Shown here one piece after another: positions 20,471-31,974 of a stretch of DNA of 59,299 nucleotides. The first letter of the stretch is position 1. Each line of letters opens with the position of its first letter. The DNA comes from Balanoglossus misakiensis (taxonomy: Eukaryota > Animalia > Hemichordata). The notes beneath the pieces are model-generated. The model made no database searches and was not told where the DNA came from. It was given only the letters and a program-made list of their open reading frames with translations. The DNA lies in the NCBI GenBank assembly GCA_040954595.2, contig JBECUI020000053.1, positions 1-59,299 of the forward strand, written 5' to 3'. Made by a program: the position numbers and the translations under genes.

Positions 20471-21155
20471 TTATTATTCCCTCTTTTTTCTTGATGCGGA
20501 GCAGGAAAAATCATTGAAGAGGATTTCTCTATGCGAGACATCTTGCCATAATAATGAATACTTGGTACTATTAAGCAACAGTGAGTATAGGAGTTTAAGG
20601 GAAAGGTTGGGATATGCACATTGTACGGAAGGACGAATCGGTCTACCGGAAGTTCTTATTCAGGATTTGTGTACTCGTTCATGGTCAATTGCCTGTGCTG
20701 AGTCATGTACTGGTGGTAGATTAGCCGAACGCCTCAGCAGTGTTCCCGGCAGTTCAAGGGTTTTTTGGGGTTCAGCGGTTGTATACGGGATTGAGGCAAA
20801 AAAATCCTTATTATCAATTTCGCCTGCTATATTGGAAGAGTACGGTGAAATCTCTGTTGAGTGTACCAAAGCATTACAAGTTGCCATTGCTAAAAAGAGT
20901 GCTGCCTTGTGTACGGTAGCTATAACTGGGGTTGCAGGACCGGGAAGTGTTATGGGTTATAATGAGGGAACGGTCTTCATTGCTTTATCAACTCCGCATG
21001 CTTCTGTTGTATATCAATGTACTATTGATGGAACGAGGAATGAAATACAACTAATGGCATCGCTTTTTTCTTGTTTTGCAATGCGCGAATTGTTATTCGG
21101 GTCGGTGGTACGAGAAAAGCGTGCATTTAAGAGAATATTAGCAGAATGCGTATAA
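20471..21155 (+). CDS. pncC: CinA C-terminal/PncC nicotinamide-nucleotide amidohydrolase; start uncertain
   Basis: AESCTGG, VPGSS, AITGVAGPG and GTVFIA motifs. Confidence 0.82.
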
Positions 21156-21159
21156 GTGA

Positions 21160-21188
21160 TTGTACATTCTTGTATAGTATGATATCAT
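21160..21188 (+). promoter_or_regulatory. Sigma70-type promoter for rho-rpmE, giving a leader of about 105 nt
   Basis: TTGTAC-17bp-TATCAT with TG extended -10. Confidence 0.5.
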
Positions 21189-21300
21189 ACTAAGGTATGC
21201 CGCAAACAGTATTCAGATTGTAATTCCACAGGTAGCATGTGTATAGTAATTAGGAAAAACAAAGCTATAATTATAGAAAAAATATATATCGGAGGTTTAT

Positions 21301-22833
21301 ATGCAGGATGATGTCGATAATCTGCTATTACAGAGTGACGTTCCTGACAAGGAAGAACCCAAAAAAAAGAAAGTACGCGTATCTCGCGTAAAGCTGGTTA
21401 AAGAAAACGATAGTCAGGGAACCCAGGGTTTTGAAGAGTCTATTCAGTTGGAATCGAATGAAAAAAAAGTGCCGAATACACGTGATTCGGTAGTAAAAGT
21501 AAAAAAATTGAGCAAACGTGCCTTGGCAGCAGGGAAGGAAGGTGCTGATAGCTATGAGGGCATGGATACCGAAAATGTCCTGCTTATCAACGAAGTAACT
21601 GCAATGAATATGCAGGAATTGCACCAAACTGCCAGAAGGTTTGACATACCGGATTTTAATTCCTTACGTAAGCAGGAAATCACCCTTGCCATTTTGAAAT
21701 CACATAATAGCAATGGTGGTATTATCTATGCCTACGGTTCATTGGAAATTATGTCCGATGGTTATGGTTTTCTGCGCTCTCCGCAAAATTCCTATCTACC
21801 GGGTCCTGACGACATCTATGTATCGCAGTCTCAAATTCGTCTGTTTAACTTGAAAACAGGTGATACCGTCTACGGTCAAATTCGTCCCCCCAAGGATAGC
21901 GAACGATACTTTGCCATGTTGCGGGTTGAAGAGGTCAACTTCTGTCCACCCAGTGAGGCTCAGTCGCGCATGCTCTTTGATAATCTTACCCCCTTGTATC
22001 CTGATAAGCGATTAAACATGGAGGCAAAGTCAAGTGATGTTTCGACGCGATTAATCAATCTCTTCTGTCCTATCGGCAAGGGACAAAGAGGCCTTATTGT
22101 TTCACCGCCAAGGACTGGAAAAACGATTTTGCTCCAGAAGATTGCTAATGCCATTACTGAAAATCATCCTGAAGTGTATCTTATTGTGCTTCTTATCGAT
22201 GAACGCCCGGAGGAAGTTACCGATATGCAACGAAATGTGCGTGGCGAAATTGTATCTTCGACCTTTGATGAACAGGCGAGTAGGCATGTTCAAGTATCCG
22301 AGATGGTACTGGAGAAGGCAAAACGCTTTGTTGAACATAAGAAAGATGTTGTCATATTACTGGACTCCATAACGCGGCTTGCACGAGCCTATAATCAGAC
22401 GATTCCGGCTTCCGGAAAAATTCTTTCTGGTGGTGTCGACTCAAATGCCCTTCATAAGCCAAAGCGCTTTTTTGGTGCGGCAAGAAACGTTGAGGAAGGT
22501 GGAAGCCTAACGATTGTTGCCACCGCATTGGTGGAAACCGGAAGCCGTATGGACGAGGTTATCTTTGAAGAGTTTAAGGGCACGGGCAATATGGAGATTA
22601 ATCTTGATCGTCGCCTCTCAGATAGACGGCTTTTTCCCGCAATTAATGTCAAACGTTCCGGAACAAGACGAGAGGATTTGTTGCTTGAACCTGAAGAATT
22701 ACAAAAAATGTGGGTCCTTCGTAAGGTATTAAACCCAATGGACGACATGGAAATTACTGAATTGATTGTAACAAAGTTAAAGCAGTCAAAGACGAATCAA
22801 GAATTTTTACGTTCTATGAATACCGATTCATAG
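21301..22833 (+). CDS. rho: Transcription termination factor Rho with charged N-terminal extension
   Basis: [48 protein letters not shown]. Confidence 0.98.
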   Translation: MQDDVDNLLLQSDVPDKEEPKKKKVRVSRVKLVKENDSQGTQGFEESIQLESNEKKVPNTRDSVVKVKKLSKRALAAGKEGADSYEGMDTENVLLINEVTAMNMQELHQTARRFDIPDFNSLRKQEITLAILKSHNSNGGIIYAYGSLEIMSDGYGFLRSPQNSYLPGPDDIYVSQSQIRLFNLKTGDTVYGQIRPPKDSERYFAMLRVEEVNFCPPSEAQSRMLFDNLTPLYPDKRLNMEAKSSDVSTRLINLFCPIGKGQRGLIVSPPRTGKTILLQKIANAITENHPEVYLIVLLIDERPEEVTDMQRNVRGEIVSSTFDEQASRHVQVSEMVLEKAKRFVEHKKDVVILLDSITRLARAYNQTIPASGKILSGGVDSNALHKPKRFFGAARNVEEGGSLTIVATALVETGSRMDEVIFEEFKGTGNMEINLDRRLSDRRLFPAINVKRSGTRREDLLLEPEELQKMWVLRKVLNPMDDMEITELIVTKLKQSKTNQEFLRSMNTDS

Positions 22834-22848
22834 AGATGAGGAGAATGT

Positions 22849-23103
22849 ATGAAAAAAGATATCCATCCGAATTACAGACTTGTTGTTTTTAGAGATATGA
22901 ATACAGGGGCAATGTTCCTGGTTGGTTCATCGGTAGAATGTTCCGAGACGGTTAAGTACACCGACGGCAAAACATATCCCATGTATGAGATCGAGCATTC
23001 CAGTGCGACGCATCCGTTTTATACCGGCAAGCAACAGTTGGTGGATACTGCTGGTCGAATAGAGCGATTCCGTCGTCGGTACAGCATTGATACTACAGAA
23101 TAA
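22849..23103 (+). CDS. rpmE: 50S ribosomal protein L31, type B (zinc-independent)
   Basis: [28 protein letters not shown]; no CxxC pairs. Confidence 0.96.
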   Translation: MKKDIHPNYRLVVFRDMNTGAMFLVGSSVECSETVKYTDGKTYPMYEIEHSSATHPFYTGKQQLVDTAGRIERFRRRYSIDTTE

Positions 23104-24694
23104 CTTTTTTTCTTGTTTGCAAGAAAAAAGCTAATGCCACTACACCACTGAGGGCAATCTGTATCTGTCCGAATAGGTCCCCCCATAACAGATAGAGGGT
23201 GTTATACTGGGCATACACTGGAATCTCTGGTACAAATATTTCTGCCTGCTGTAGGGCAGGAAGCGATGTTAGTATTCTGCCATGTGCATCGATAACTGCT
23301 GTAATGCCGTTGTTCCCGACTCGAATAAGGGACTTTCGGGTTTCGATACTTCGGAGTTTTGCCGATGCTAGTTGTTGGTTCAAGGTTCCCTGTTGTCCAG
23401 ACCAACTGTTGTTGGACATGTTGATAAGAACATCAGCCCCTGCTTGGTCGAATTTTCTTGCGAGATAGCCAAATGAATCTTCAAAACAAATTAATACACC
23501 AAGAGCAATAGAGTTCCCGTTTCTTAGTGGCAATTCTATGAGTGTTGATTGCCCGCCTGGAACCCAAAGAGAACCAATACCGATAACCGAGATATAGAAC
23601 TCCCGCAAAAATTCAATATCCCAATCCGGTATGTGTTCCGCATAGGGCACGAGATGTTGTTTTGCATAGCTGTCCAGTACTGTGCCCTTTGAATCCAGGA
23701 GTATCGCGGCATTATAGCCAATTGGGGTACTTTCCGGAATCGATTTTATTATAGGACTTCCAGTTAACAGGTAGTTTCCGTTGTCTTTCAGGAAATTGCG
23801 CAATGGATAGCTACCCGGAAAATAGTTGTAAAAATCCTTGTTGTCTACATAGGGAAATCGCAGAGATGTTTCGCTCCAGATAACAACATCCGGGTTAGGA
23901 TTCTCTTTTAATGCCTGCATGGTCAACCTTTGCGTCTCCAGCAAACTGCTTTCAGTCTTAGCTCTATCCCATGGATCTGCGTTATTCTGCACCAGTACAG
24001 CAGACATGTTCTCTTTTTGTTCATATTCTTCTGCTAGTCTTGCCAGTCCGTATCCATACACTAGTATAAAGAGAGAGCATGCAAAGAGCAGATGATGCAG
24101 ATCTTGGAATTTTAATTGAAAAAACATTTGTTGTTTCCCAACCATGAAACATTCAAGAATGGCCGCGTTTGCGAAGGCAAAGAGAAAACTTATGCCCCAG
24201 ACACCTGTTATATCAACAATCTGAATTAATGGGAGGGAAGATGATGCAGCGATTCCAAGAATGCCCCAGGGAAATCCCAATACTCCAACCGATTTTAAGT
24301 ACTCGTAAGCCCCAATACAGACCGCTATTGCAAAGGGCCGCAGGTGTCGCGGGAGTCGGACCGCAGCAAAAAGAGCAATAAAAAAGGGAATATGGTATAC
24401 TCCATATCCAATAGCACTACTAATAAGTGCCCATCCTGCAAAATTTTGAAAATATGCAAGCCAATAAAACTGCAACATATTAGCAGCCATACCAAAGAAA
24501 AATGCAAAGAAGATAAGATTTTTTATGGATTTTATCTGTCTAATAGCAAATAAAGCTGGAACAAAGGCAAAAATTGCACCAAAGGGAGTTCCCAATGGGT
24601 TGATATCACCCGGGAATGTACAAAACATAATGAGTGCGGATGCAATGAATAAACTAAAAAGATAAGTCTGCTGTTTCAAAAAGTTACTGAACAT
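23093..24694 (-). CDS. lnt: Apolipoprotein N-acyltransferase
   Basis: Multiple TM helices, [28 protein letters not shown] (E-K-C triad). Confidence 0.95.
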   Translation of the reverse strand: MFSNFLKQQTYLFSLFIASALIMFCTFPGDINPLGTPFGAIFAFVPALFAIRQIKSIKNLIFFAFFFGMAANMLQFYWLAYFQNFAGWALISSAIGYGVYHIPFFIALFAAVRLPRHLRPFAIAVCIGAYEYLKSVGVLGFPWGILGIAASSSLPLIQIVDITGVWGISFLFAFANAAILECFMVGKQQMFFQLKFQDLHHLLFACSLFILVYGYGLARLAEEYEQKENMSAVLVQNNADPWDRAKTESSLLETQRLTMQALKENPNPDVVIWSETSLRFPYVDNKDFYNYFPGSYPLRNFLKDNGNYLLTGSPIIKSIPESTPIGYNAAILLDSKGTVLDSYAKQHLVPYAEHIPDWDIEFLREFYISVIGIGSLWVPGGQSTLIELPLRNGNSIALGVLICFEDSFGYLARKFDQAGADVLINMSNNSWSGQQGTLNQQLASAKLRSIETRKSLIRVGNNGITAVIDAHGRILTSLPALQQAEIFVPEIPVYAQYNTLYLLWGDLFGQIQIALSGVVALAFFLQTRKKVIL

Positions 24695-24760
24695 TGTTGT
24701 ATTTTATTATATCATAGTATATGATAGCTATAAATAATAGTCTTGAAAGTAGGAGTTCAT

Positions 24761-25504
24761 GTGAAAATTCTTATAACAAATGATGATGGTATAACTAGTG
24801 AGGGACTCCGCGTATTATACAATGTATTGAATAAGGATCATGATCTCTGGGTTATTGCTCCCGATCGAAACAGGAGCGGCATTTCTAATGCAATTACCCT
24901 TTCGGAACAGCTAACTATACGTCGATATAGCGAGGGCTGGTATAGTTGTTCCGGTACTCCCGCCGATTGCGTGCTGATAGCAGAGTCCCTTCTCAAGTTT
25001 AAACCTGATCTTGTTGTTTCCGGTATTAATCACGGAAAGAATGTCGGTCCTGATATTATATATTCAGGCACGGTAGCTGCTGCCCGGCAGGCAGTCCATT
25101 TAGGAATTCCCGGCATAGCACTTTCCGTTCTTGGGCAGGAAGATATACCGTATCAATTTGAACCTATGATGCAATTTGTTGCAAAAAATCTGTCTCGCTT
25201 AAAACAAATGGGAGAAAGTCGATATATCGTTAATGTCAATGCCCCGAGCAAGAGCAATGGAACCCTTGCGTATGAACTGGCTATTCCATCCAACGGCAAG
25301 GTCCAGCCATTATTCGATATTACCAGTGTTGACGAGTCTCAATTCACTTGTCAGCTCATTGACGGCAAAGCAATAGAAGAACATACCGACGACAGTGATG
25401 TTATGGTTCTGCAGTCGGGAAAAATATCGGTTGGTCTTATTGATACTCTTCATCCAAGTAGCGACAAGGTCCTGGAGCAATATGTAGGCATGTTGGAGAA
25501 GTAA
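24761..25504 (+). CDS. surE: 5'/3'-nucleotidase SurE
   Basis: ILITNDDG, APDRNRSG, GTPADCV, VVSGINHG, YSGTVAAA. Confidence 0.96.
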   Translation: MKILITNDDGITSEGLRVLYNVLNKDHDLWVIAPDRNRSGISNAITLSEQLTIRRYSEGWYSCSGTPADCVLIAESLLKFKPDLVVSGINHGKNVGPDIIYSGTVAAARQAVHLGIPGIALSVLGQEDIPYQFEPMMQFVAKNLSRLKQMGESRYIVNVNAPSKSNGTLAYELAIPSNGKVQPLFDITSVDESQFTCQLIDGKAIEEHTDDSDVMVLQSGKISVGLIDTLHPSSDKVLEQYVGMLEK

Positions 25505-26172
25505 TGCATTCAGAACTGAAAGAGGCAGTACAGCTATTTCAAGAAAAAAAATTTCAAGCGGCTGTGAAGCAGTTTATGGGGTTAAAACTTTCCCAGAAAG
25601 ATAGTAGTTTACAGAGTTATTATATCGGTCTTTGTTTTGTGCACTTAAGGGATTACGATAGGGCATTGTTGTATCTGACCAATGCGCTCTCATCGGAAGA
25701 AAATTTTTTATATGAGTACCAAACCCGGATGGTCATAGGATATGTCTATGCCATTACCGACCGCCATAGACAGGCAGCACGAGAGTTTGCACAGTTGCTC
25801 GCTGATGGCTATGAGTCGGTCAAAGTCTATGCCGCCCTTGCCCATTCCCTGTATCATGTGGGCAAGGTAGAAAAAAGCGTAGCTATGCTTAGAACAGCAT
25901 TGAACATGGATCCGGAAAACAGTAATGCACTGAATTCACTTGGATACATTCTAACCGAAAGCGGTGGCGATCTAGAGGAGGCCTTGTCCTATTGTCAGTT
26001 AGCAGTTGCAAAACAACCATATAATGCTGCCTATCTCGATTCGCTGGCAATGGTGTACTACCGACAGAAGAAAGTTGATGATGCAATTTCTTTATTAAAG
26101 CAGGCTTATGAATTATCGGAGAAGAATGAGTATATTAGGCAGCACATTCAAATGGTACTTGATAGCAGGTAG
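25504..26172 (+). CDS. Tetratricopeptide repeat protein
   Basis: TPR signatures ALNSLGYIL and PYNAAYLDSLAMVYY. Confidence 0.88.
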   Translation: MHSELKEAVQLFQEKKFQAAVKQFMGLKLSQKDSSLQSYYIGLCFVHLRDYDRALLYLTNALSSEENFLYEYQTRMVIGYVYAITDRHRQAAREFAQLLADGYESVKVYAALAHSLYHVGKVEKSVAMLRTALNMDPENSNALNSLGYILTESGGDLEEALSYCQLAVAKQPYNAAYLDSLAMVYYRQKKVDDAISLLKQAYELSEKNEYIRQHIQMVLDSR

Positions 26173-28114
26173 TTTGTTGTTATTGGGGCTCTTTGTTGGA
26201 TATGCACAGACAGAGATTAGCCCTGCACAGGCTGATGAAGAGTTTCGATGGGGGGTACAGTCCTACCATCTGGGGCAGTACAACGAAGCTATCTTATCTT
26301 TTACACGAGCACTCTCTTTGAATTTTGCTCATCCCTATGCACAGCCATGGCTTGCCGAGAGCTATTATATGTCTGGATTTTTGGATACGGCCATAGAAGA
26401 GTGGCGGCGTATCATCAGTCAGGAGAACAATGCCTACATTGCCGAGCGTGCACGGATCGTTGAACAGCAATATTTTAGTATTATTCCAACTCCCGAGAGC
26501 TACGATGAAATATATAGCGTTAGTCTTGAGGGAATACAAGGTACAAATTCTCTTCAGGTACAGCGGCGAAAAAACGGCGGATATTATCTCATATCACTCA
26601 CTCAGAACCTTGTTCTTCGTTTGTCCAGTACTGGGACAGTATTGGATCAGTTACAGGGTGGACAGCAGAACTTGGAAGCACCCTTTGATCTTGTCGAAGG
26701 GCAGTCTGCTCTCTACATTAGTGAGTTTACCGCAAACAGGATTGCCGTATTGGATATGAACGGCAGGCGTATTAGCAGTTTCGGGAGCGCTGGTGTTGCA
26801 CCGGGAGAACTCCTGGGGCCTCAGTACTTGTCTATGGATGAGGATAACTTTCTTTATATTAGTAACTGGGGCAACAGGCAGGTTGCTAAGTTTGATGTAC
26901 AGGGGAATTTTTTGCTGAGTTTCCCCGGCATGAGAAGACCAACGGGGGTAGCAGTGATCGGCAAGCAGGTTTTTATTGCCGATTCGGAGCTATTACAGCT
27001 CTTTGTATTTGATACCAATGCAAACTTGTTGCGTGTTGCATCACTGAATCTGCATGCACCGGAATCAGTTCGTGTATTTGATAGCGACCGCTTGTTAATT
27101 AGCGATGGGGATCGCCTGTTAATCTATAACAGTGTAACCGATAGTATTGAACATACTATTGCTGCGAACAGTGCACAGGGTGCGGTATCTGCGATACGCG
27201 ATAGCAATGGACTCATTGTTGCTACTGATATAAAACGAAATCTCCTGCACTTTTTTGCCCCTTCCACTACTTCGTTTAGTGGCTTGAACCTTCATATTGA
27301 GCGTATTCGCAGTTCGGAATTTCCACGTGTGCTTGTTGATGTACAGGTCAGTGATAAATTTGGTAGTCCTGTCATTGGTTTGTCGGTAAACGATTTTACA
27401 GTATCCGAGCATAATACGGTTGTTTCTCCTCTGCGACTTATTCAAGATGCCGAACGAGATCGGCTGCTCAATGCTGTTCTACTGTTTGAACAAACACCAG
27501 TGGTTGCTGAACTGCTTCCGATACGAAACGATGCCCTCAACGACTTGCTACAGAATACAAGTGGATACCGCATAACTGCAATGACTGCAGAAGAAAACCC
27601 GATAAAGCTGGTAGAAAATGCTACTGGGGCGAATACCCTTATAAATAATCTTCCAGAACGGTACGGAAGAATGCAATTTGATCTCTCCTTACGCTTTGCA
27701 AGCTCCGACCTTCTCCGCGGAGGGGCACATCGTGCAATCATTTTTTTTGCAACCGGGCCCTTACCTGAAAACTCATTTATTCATTATAGCCCCGAAGTAC
27801 TTGCACACTATATGATGGTAAACAGGATAAGTTTTTCGGTTGTCTTATTGGCAAACCCTACGCAGGAAACACCCATTCTGCAGTATCTCGTGGATGCGAG
27901 TGGGGGAAGCATTTCGTATGTCTATCGCGATGGGGGACTAGGCAGTGTTTTAACTAGTTTAGGCAATAAAGCAAGCGGGTACTATGTGTTGGAGTATATG
28001 AGCAGCGCAGATAGCGACTTTGGACGATCCTATATACCGCTCCGCACGGAAGCACGCCTTTTTATCCGTAGCGGAAGAGCTGAAAGCGGGTTTTTTACTC
28101 GTTTTCAGTTTTAG
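26126..28114 (+). CDS. Secreted TPR + NHL beta-propeller + vWA-like protein
   Basis: Signal peptide, N-terminal TPRs, NHL repeats (SFGSAGVAPGELLGP, PTGVAV), then FPRV-DVQVSD-G-PVIGL and a degenerate vWA region. Confidence 0.75.
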   Translation: MSILGSTFKWYLIAGSLLLLGLFVGYAQTEISPAQADEEFRWGVQSYHLGQYNEAILSFTRALSLNFAHPYAQPWLAESYYMSGFLDTAIEEWRRIISQENNAYIAERARIVEQQYFSIIPTPESYDEIYSVSLEGIQGTNSLQVQRRKNGGYYLISLTQNLVLRLSSTGTVLDQLQGGQQNLEAPFDLVEGQSALYISEFTANRIAVLDMNGRRISSFGSAGVAPGELLGPQYLSMDEDNFLYISNWGNRQVAKFDVQGNFLLSFPGMRRPTGVAVIGKQVFIADSELLQLFVFDTNANLLRVASLNLHAPESVRVFDSDRLLISDGDRLLIYNSVTDSIEHTIAANSAQGAVSAIRDSNGLIVATDIKRNLLHFFAPSTTSFSGLNLHIERIRSSEFPRVLVDVQVSDKFGSPVIGLSVNDFTVSEHNTVVSPLRLIQDAERDRLLNAVLLFEQTPVVAELLPIRNDALNDLLQNTSGYRITAMTAEENPIKLVENATGANTLINNLPERYGRMQFDLSLRFASSDLLRGGAHRAIIFFATGPLPENSFIHYSPEVLAHYMMVNRISFSVVLLANPTQETPILQYLVDASGGSISYVYRDGGLGSVLTSLGNKASGYYVLEYMSSADSDFGRSYIPLRTEARLFIRSGRAESGFFTRFQF

Positions 28115-29312
28115 CATTCTGACTATTCAGTTCTTGCTGAATGTGTTCCAAATAGAATTTGGAATCTGCAACTTCCAACTCTTTATCAATAGCAATAGTT
28201 TCTTTTTTTAAGTCGAGAATAATATAGTTCTCGAGGATGGTCTTCGCATCTGTCCCTGTTAAAATACGTACATTTGGTTTTTTGGGTTCTTCCACGTTGA
28301 CATTGGTAACATAGGCAATATTATTGCTCGTCAGGTTAACAATAGCACCGTAGGGGTAAATGGTCAAAAGCGATACCAATTTACGGAGAATTTCAAAGTC
28401 AAATATTTTTTTTGCCTGTGCAAACATTGTTCGATAGGCATATTGAGTATTATGAACGGAGTTAAAGGCAGTTCCGGCTACTAAATCAACATAGTGACTA
28501 CAGACCGAAATGATCTTTGCTATTTCTGATATAGACTGGCCTGTTAGCCGTTTTGGATACCCACTACCATCAATATGTTCTTTACTTTGAAGAACTGCAT
28601 TGCAAATTGTGTTAGAAAAGCCTAATTTATTTAATATCCGGTATCCGAGCAGGGGGATTGCCTTTTTTAATCGTTCCTCCTGGTCACTGAGGGACATATT
28701 GGTAAATAATGTAGTTGGCAACTGAAGAGTTGCAATATTCTGTAACAGACTGGCAATTGCAATCTCAATGAGATGATAGTAAGGTATACGGTTTTCTAAT
28801 GCCAATGCAACTGCAAGCGCACAAGACTTTAGTGCATGGTCAGTCCAGAATTCCGGAAGTTCAGCATGTATGGAGTAAAATGGGATACGAAGCATGAAGT
28901 TCTTATGCTGTTTTACGAGACCGATGAGGTTGTGTACAACACCAAAGATACGATCTTTGGAAAAACTGTTTTCATTGATAAGACTATGAAAAATATTCAA
29001 CAAATCCTGTGACTGTAATGAAAACAACTTCCAAACATGTTGTCCGGTCTCTATCTCCAGCAGTGTATTGGATATGCGTTCCGGGTGCTCTCCGATAGCA
29101 TATTCTTTCATGGGTGATGCACTATTACTGAGACTGGCATCTACTTCTTGTGCTATGATGCTGGAAACACCCCAAGCATCCAGGATGTCGGGAAGTTCTT
29201 TAGGAAGAGGAATATTTGCAGGTAGTAAAATGTATGAATCATCAAGATAGAGTTCCGCAGAATGTTTTTTTTCGACCTGTAGTTTTGCAACAATAATTAC
29301 TTTTTTGGACAT
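28095..29312 (-). CDS. HD-GYP domain protein with degenerate metal ligands
   Basis: DGSGYP, ISEIAKIISVC and IYPYGAIVNL are present; expected HD and HHE read QN and SKE. Confidence 0.8.
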   Translation of the reverse strand: MSKKVIIVAKLQVEKKHSAELYLDDSYILLPANIPLPKELPDILDAWGVSSIIAQEVDASLSNSASPMKEYAIGEHPERISNTLLEIETGQHVWKLFSLQSQDLLNIFHSLINENSFSKDRIFGVVHNLIGLVKQHKNFMLRIPFYSIHAELPEFWTDHALKSCALAVALALENRIPYYHLIEIAIASLLQNIATLQLPTTLFTNMSLSDQEERLKKAIPLLGYRILNKLGFSNTICNAVLQSKEHIDGSGYPKRLTGQSISEIAKIISVCSHYVDLVAGTAFNSVHNTQYAYRTMFAQAKKIFDFEILRKLVSLLTIYPYGAIVNLTSNNIAYVTNVNVEEPKKPNVRILTGTDAKTILENYIILDLKKETIAIDKELEVADSKFYLEHIQQELNSQNAKTENE

Positions 29313-29324
29313 AGCAATAGCTTA

Positions 29325-29353
29325 ATTATAAGTATAATAAGCAATCATGTAAA
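29325..29353 (-). promoter_or_regulatory. Sigma70-type promoter for the HD-GYP gene with an A-tract UP-like element
   Basis: TTTACA-17bp-TATAAT; 13-nt T run (A run on minus) at 29357-29369 directly upstream. Confidence 0.6.
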
Positions 29354-29404
29354 GTCTTTTTTTTTTTTTATATATTTCTTATACTTAATAAGAAGGAATA
29401 TACA

Positions 29405-30619
29405 ATGATACAACGATCAGAACGACTAAAAAACGTTGATTATGCAATACGTGGACCCCTCTTGGTAGAAGCAAACCGCATGACAGCAAGGGGGACTGAG
29501 GTCATTAAGCTGAATATTGGCAATCCCGCGGCATTCGATTTTTCTGCTCCACAGGCAATGGTAGAGGCAGTATGCACTGCCTTACGCGAAGACCATGCAT
29601 CACATGGATATACGCATAGTCAGGGGCTTCCCTTGGCCGTGCAAGCCTTATATGAGTACTATCAATGCTTAGGCGAAGACATTGAGTACGACAATATATT
29701 TATTGGGAATGGGGTCAGTGAACTTATTTCGACAACCCTGTTATCATGTATAAACCAGGGAGACGAAGTCTTGCTTCCCATGCCGGATTATCCCCTCTGG
29801 ACATCGGCGGTTCGATATTCCGGAGGTGTGGCAAAACTATATCGCTGTGATGAGGCGTTGGATTGGAATCCGGATATTGCGGACATCAAATCCAAGATCA
29901 GCGATAAAACCAAAGCCCTTGTCATCATCAATCCCAACAATCCCACTGGAGCGGTATATGCTCCTGATATCATTCGGCAGTTATATCAGATAGCCGTCGA
30001 GCATAATCTCATTATTTTGTCGGATGAGATATATCATGGAATTGTCTATGATAATGCAGAGGAACTCTCCTTAGCATCAATTTGTACCGACACGCTCTGT
30101 ATTCGATTTTCGGGGCTTGCCAAGAAGTATCGTGCTTCGGGCTTTCGTGTTGGATGGATGACTATTAGCGGTACAGTCAACAAGGAGACGACCTTCTGTG
30201 ATACGCTCCGTCTTATGATGAGCCTTCGTTTATGTAGCGGCGTGCCGACTCAGTACGCTGTCCCAGCTGCTTTGCAAGATAAGAGCATGGACGAATTGGT
30301 CCGACCAGGCGGGCGTCTCTACGAGCAACGTAACCTTGTTTGGAAGCTCTTGAATGATATACCGGGGGTTTATTGTACGAAACCGCGCGGAGCCCTCTAT
30401 GCCTTTCCGAGGTTTGATGCCAAGGGACTTGGCGTTCTTGATGACGAAACATTTTTTCTGGATTTCTTACGGGAGCACAATGTTCTCTTTGTACATGGTA
30501 GTGGCTTTCACTATCCCGAGCCAGACCATTGTCGTATCGTATTTCTTGCCGATTCAACGCAGCTATCGACAGCCGTTGGAAGATTTGATCAATTTATCCG
30601 CTCGCGAGCAACTAATTAA
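29405..30619 (+). CDS. alaA: Class I PLP aminotransferase, AlaA/AlaT family
   Basis: YAIRGP, LNIGNPA, GNGVSELI, PDYPLWT, INPNNPTGAVY, SDEIY. Confidence 0.9.
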   Translation: MIQRSERLKNVDYAIRGPLLVEANRMTARGTEVIKLNIGNPAAFDFSAPQAMVEAVCTALREDHASHGYTHSQGLPLAVQALYEYYQCLGEDIEYDNIFIGNGVSELISTTLLSCINQGDEVLLPMPDYPLWTSAVRYSGGVAKLYRCDEALDWNPDIADIKSKISDKTKALVIINPNNPTGAVYAPDIIRQLYQIAVEHNLIILSDEIYHGIVYDNAEELSLASICTDTLCIRFSGLAKKYRASGFRVGWMTISGTVNKETTFCDTLRLMMSLRLCSGVPTQYAVPAALQDKSMDELVRPGGRLYEQRNLVWKLLNDIPGVYCTKPRGALYAFPRFDAKGLGVLDDETFFLDFLREHNVLFVHGSGFHYPEPDHCRIVFLADSTQLSTAVGRFDQFIRSRATN

Positions 30620-30641
30620 TCAGTAGGCAGGTATAGAAATA

Positions 30642-31970
30642 ATGACCACAGTACGGTACGCACCATCTCCTACCGGGTTACAACATATCGGTGGGTTGAG
30701 GACGGCTTTGTTTAATTATCTCTTTGCTCGTTCGCAACAAGGACGATTTATTTTACGCATAGAGGATACCGACCGAAAACGCTATTCTCCTGAGAGCATA
30801 GAAGACATATATGCATCTCTGCGTTGGTTAGGCATTCAGTGGGATGAGGGGCCGGACATTGGGGGGCCTCATGGTCCTTACCTGCAATCGGAACGCTTAC
30901 CCTACTATCAGCAGCACCTGCAAACCCTGCTGGATAACGGGAGTGCATACCGTGATAAAGAAGAAGTTAATCTCATTCGTTTGAAAATGCCAAGGCATGG
31001 AAGTGTAGAGTATACAGATAGTCTACTTGGTCCCATTAGCTTTCAATGTCGGGATTTACCGTCTGATCCGGTACTTATTAAATCAGATGGGTATCCAACC
31101 TATCATTTTGCAAATGTTGTTGATGACCACCAGATGCACGTAACTCATGTTCTCCGTTCTCAGGAATGGGTCTCGTCGGTTGCTATTCATATATTGCTTT
31201 ATCGATCCTTCGGCTGGGATATTCCGATTTTTTGTCATCTTCCCTATGTTGCGGCACCGAACGGAAAGAAGTTATCCAAGAGAGACGGTGCCATGGGTGT
31301 TGATGCACTGCGTCGGGCTGGATACCTGCCTGAGGCACTCTGTAATTATCTAGCATTGTTGGGGTGGTCTTACGATGGCGAACGGGTCTTGTTTACTCTG
31401 AAAGAGCTGGAGACGCTTTTTTCCCTTGATAATCTAAATAAATCTCCTGCTGTATTTGATGTAAAAAGATTGCATTGGTTTAATAGCCAGTACATACGGC
31501 AGATGAAAGAAGATGAATTTGCAAAAGTATTGCAGCATGTAGTCGGCATGGCGCAAGAGGATGTGGAACGGGTTCGTCCACTTTTTCATCTTCTCCAAGA
31601 GCGGCTGACAACGTTAAACGAGGCAGCGGATATGCTCTCTTTTGTTCTTAACTCCGAGAAAGAATTTCAACATCTTGCCGATTACATTCCAAAAAAGGTT
31701 AATCTTGAGTCAGTTCGGAGAATACTTGCCGGCATTCGTCCTATTCTTGTTATGCACGATTTAGGTGATGCCGTAGGGCTGGAGAGGGCATTCAGAGATT
31801 GGGCTGACGAGGCGGAAATACCAGTAAAAGCACTATTTATGACAATGAGATTAGCTATAAGTTGGTCACGGGTATCATTGCCGATTCTCCCGGTTCTTCC
31901 CGTATTAGGTCGAGAAGAAACGCTACGCAGGATTGATCGTGCAAGTGATTATATAAAAGAAGAAGGATAA
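30642..31970 (+). CDS. gltX: Glutamate-tRNA ligase (short form lacking the zinc-binding insertion)
   Basis: RYAPSPTG, HIGG, LRIEDTD, PTYHFANVVDD, KLSKR; C-terminal anticodon domain present. Confidence 0.95.
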   Translation: MTTVRYAPSPTGLQHIGGLRTALFNYLFARSQQGRFILRIEDTDRKRYSPESIEDIYASLRWLGIQWDEGPDIGGPHGPYLQSERLPYYQQHLQTLLDNGSAYRDKEEVNLIRLKMPRHGSVEYTDSLLGPISFQCRDLPSDPVLIKSDGYPTYHFANVVDDHQMHVTHVLRSQEWVSSVAIHILLYRSFGWDIPIFCHLPYVAAPNGKKLSKRDGAMGVDALRRAGYLPEALCNYLALLGWSYDGERVLFTLKELETLFSLDNLNKSPAVFDVKRLHWFNSQYIRQMKEDEFAKVLQHVVGMAQEDVERVRPLFHLLQERLTTLNEAADMLSFVLNSEKEFQHLADYIPKKVNLESVRRILAGIRPILVMHDLGDAVGLERAFRDWADEAEIPVKALFMTMRLAISWSRVSLPILPVLPVLGREETLRRIDRASDYIKEEG

Positions 31971-31974
31971 AAAT

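Noticed and set aside
29357-29369. Poly-T13 as a phase-variable promoter tract
   Set aside because: It lies outside the -35/-10 spacer of the HD-GYP promoter and fits an UP element; homopolymer length is also unreliable in this assembly.
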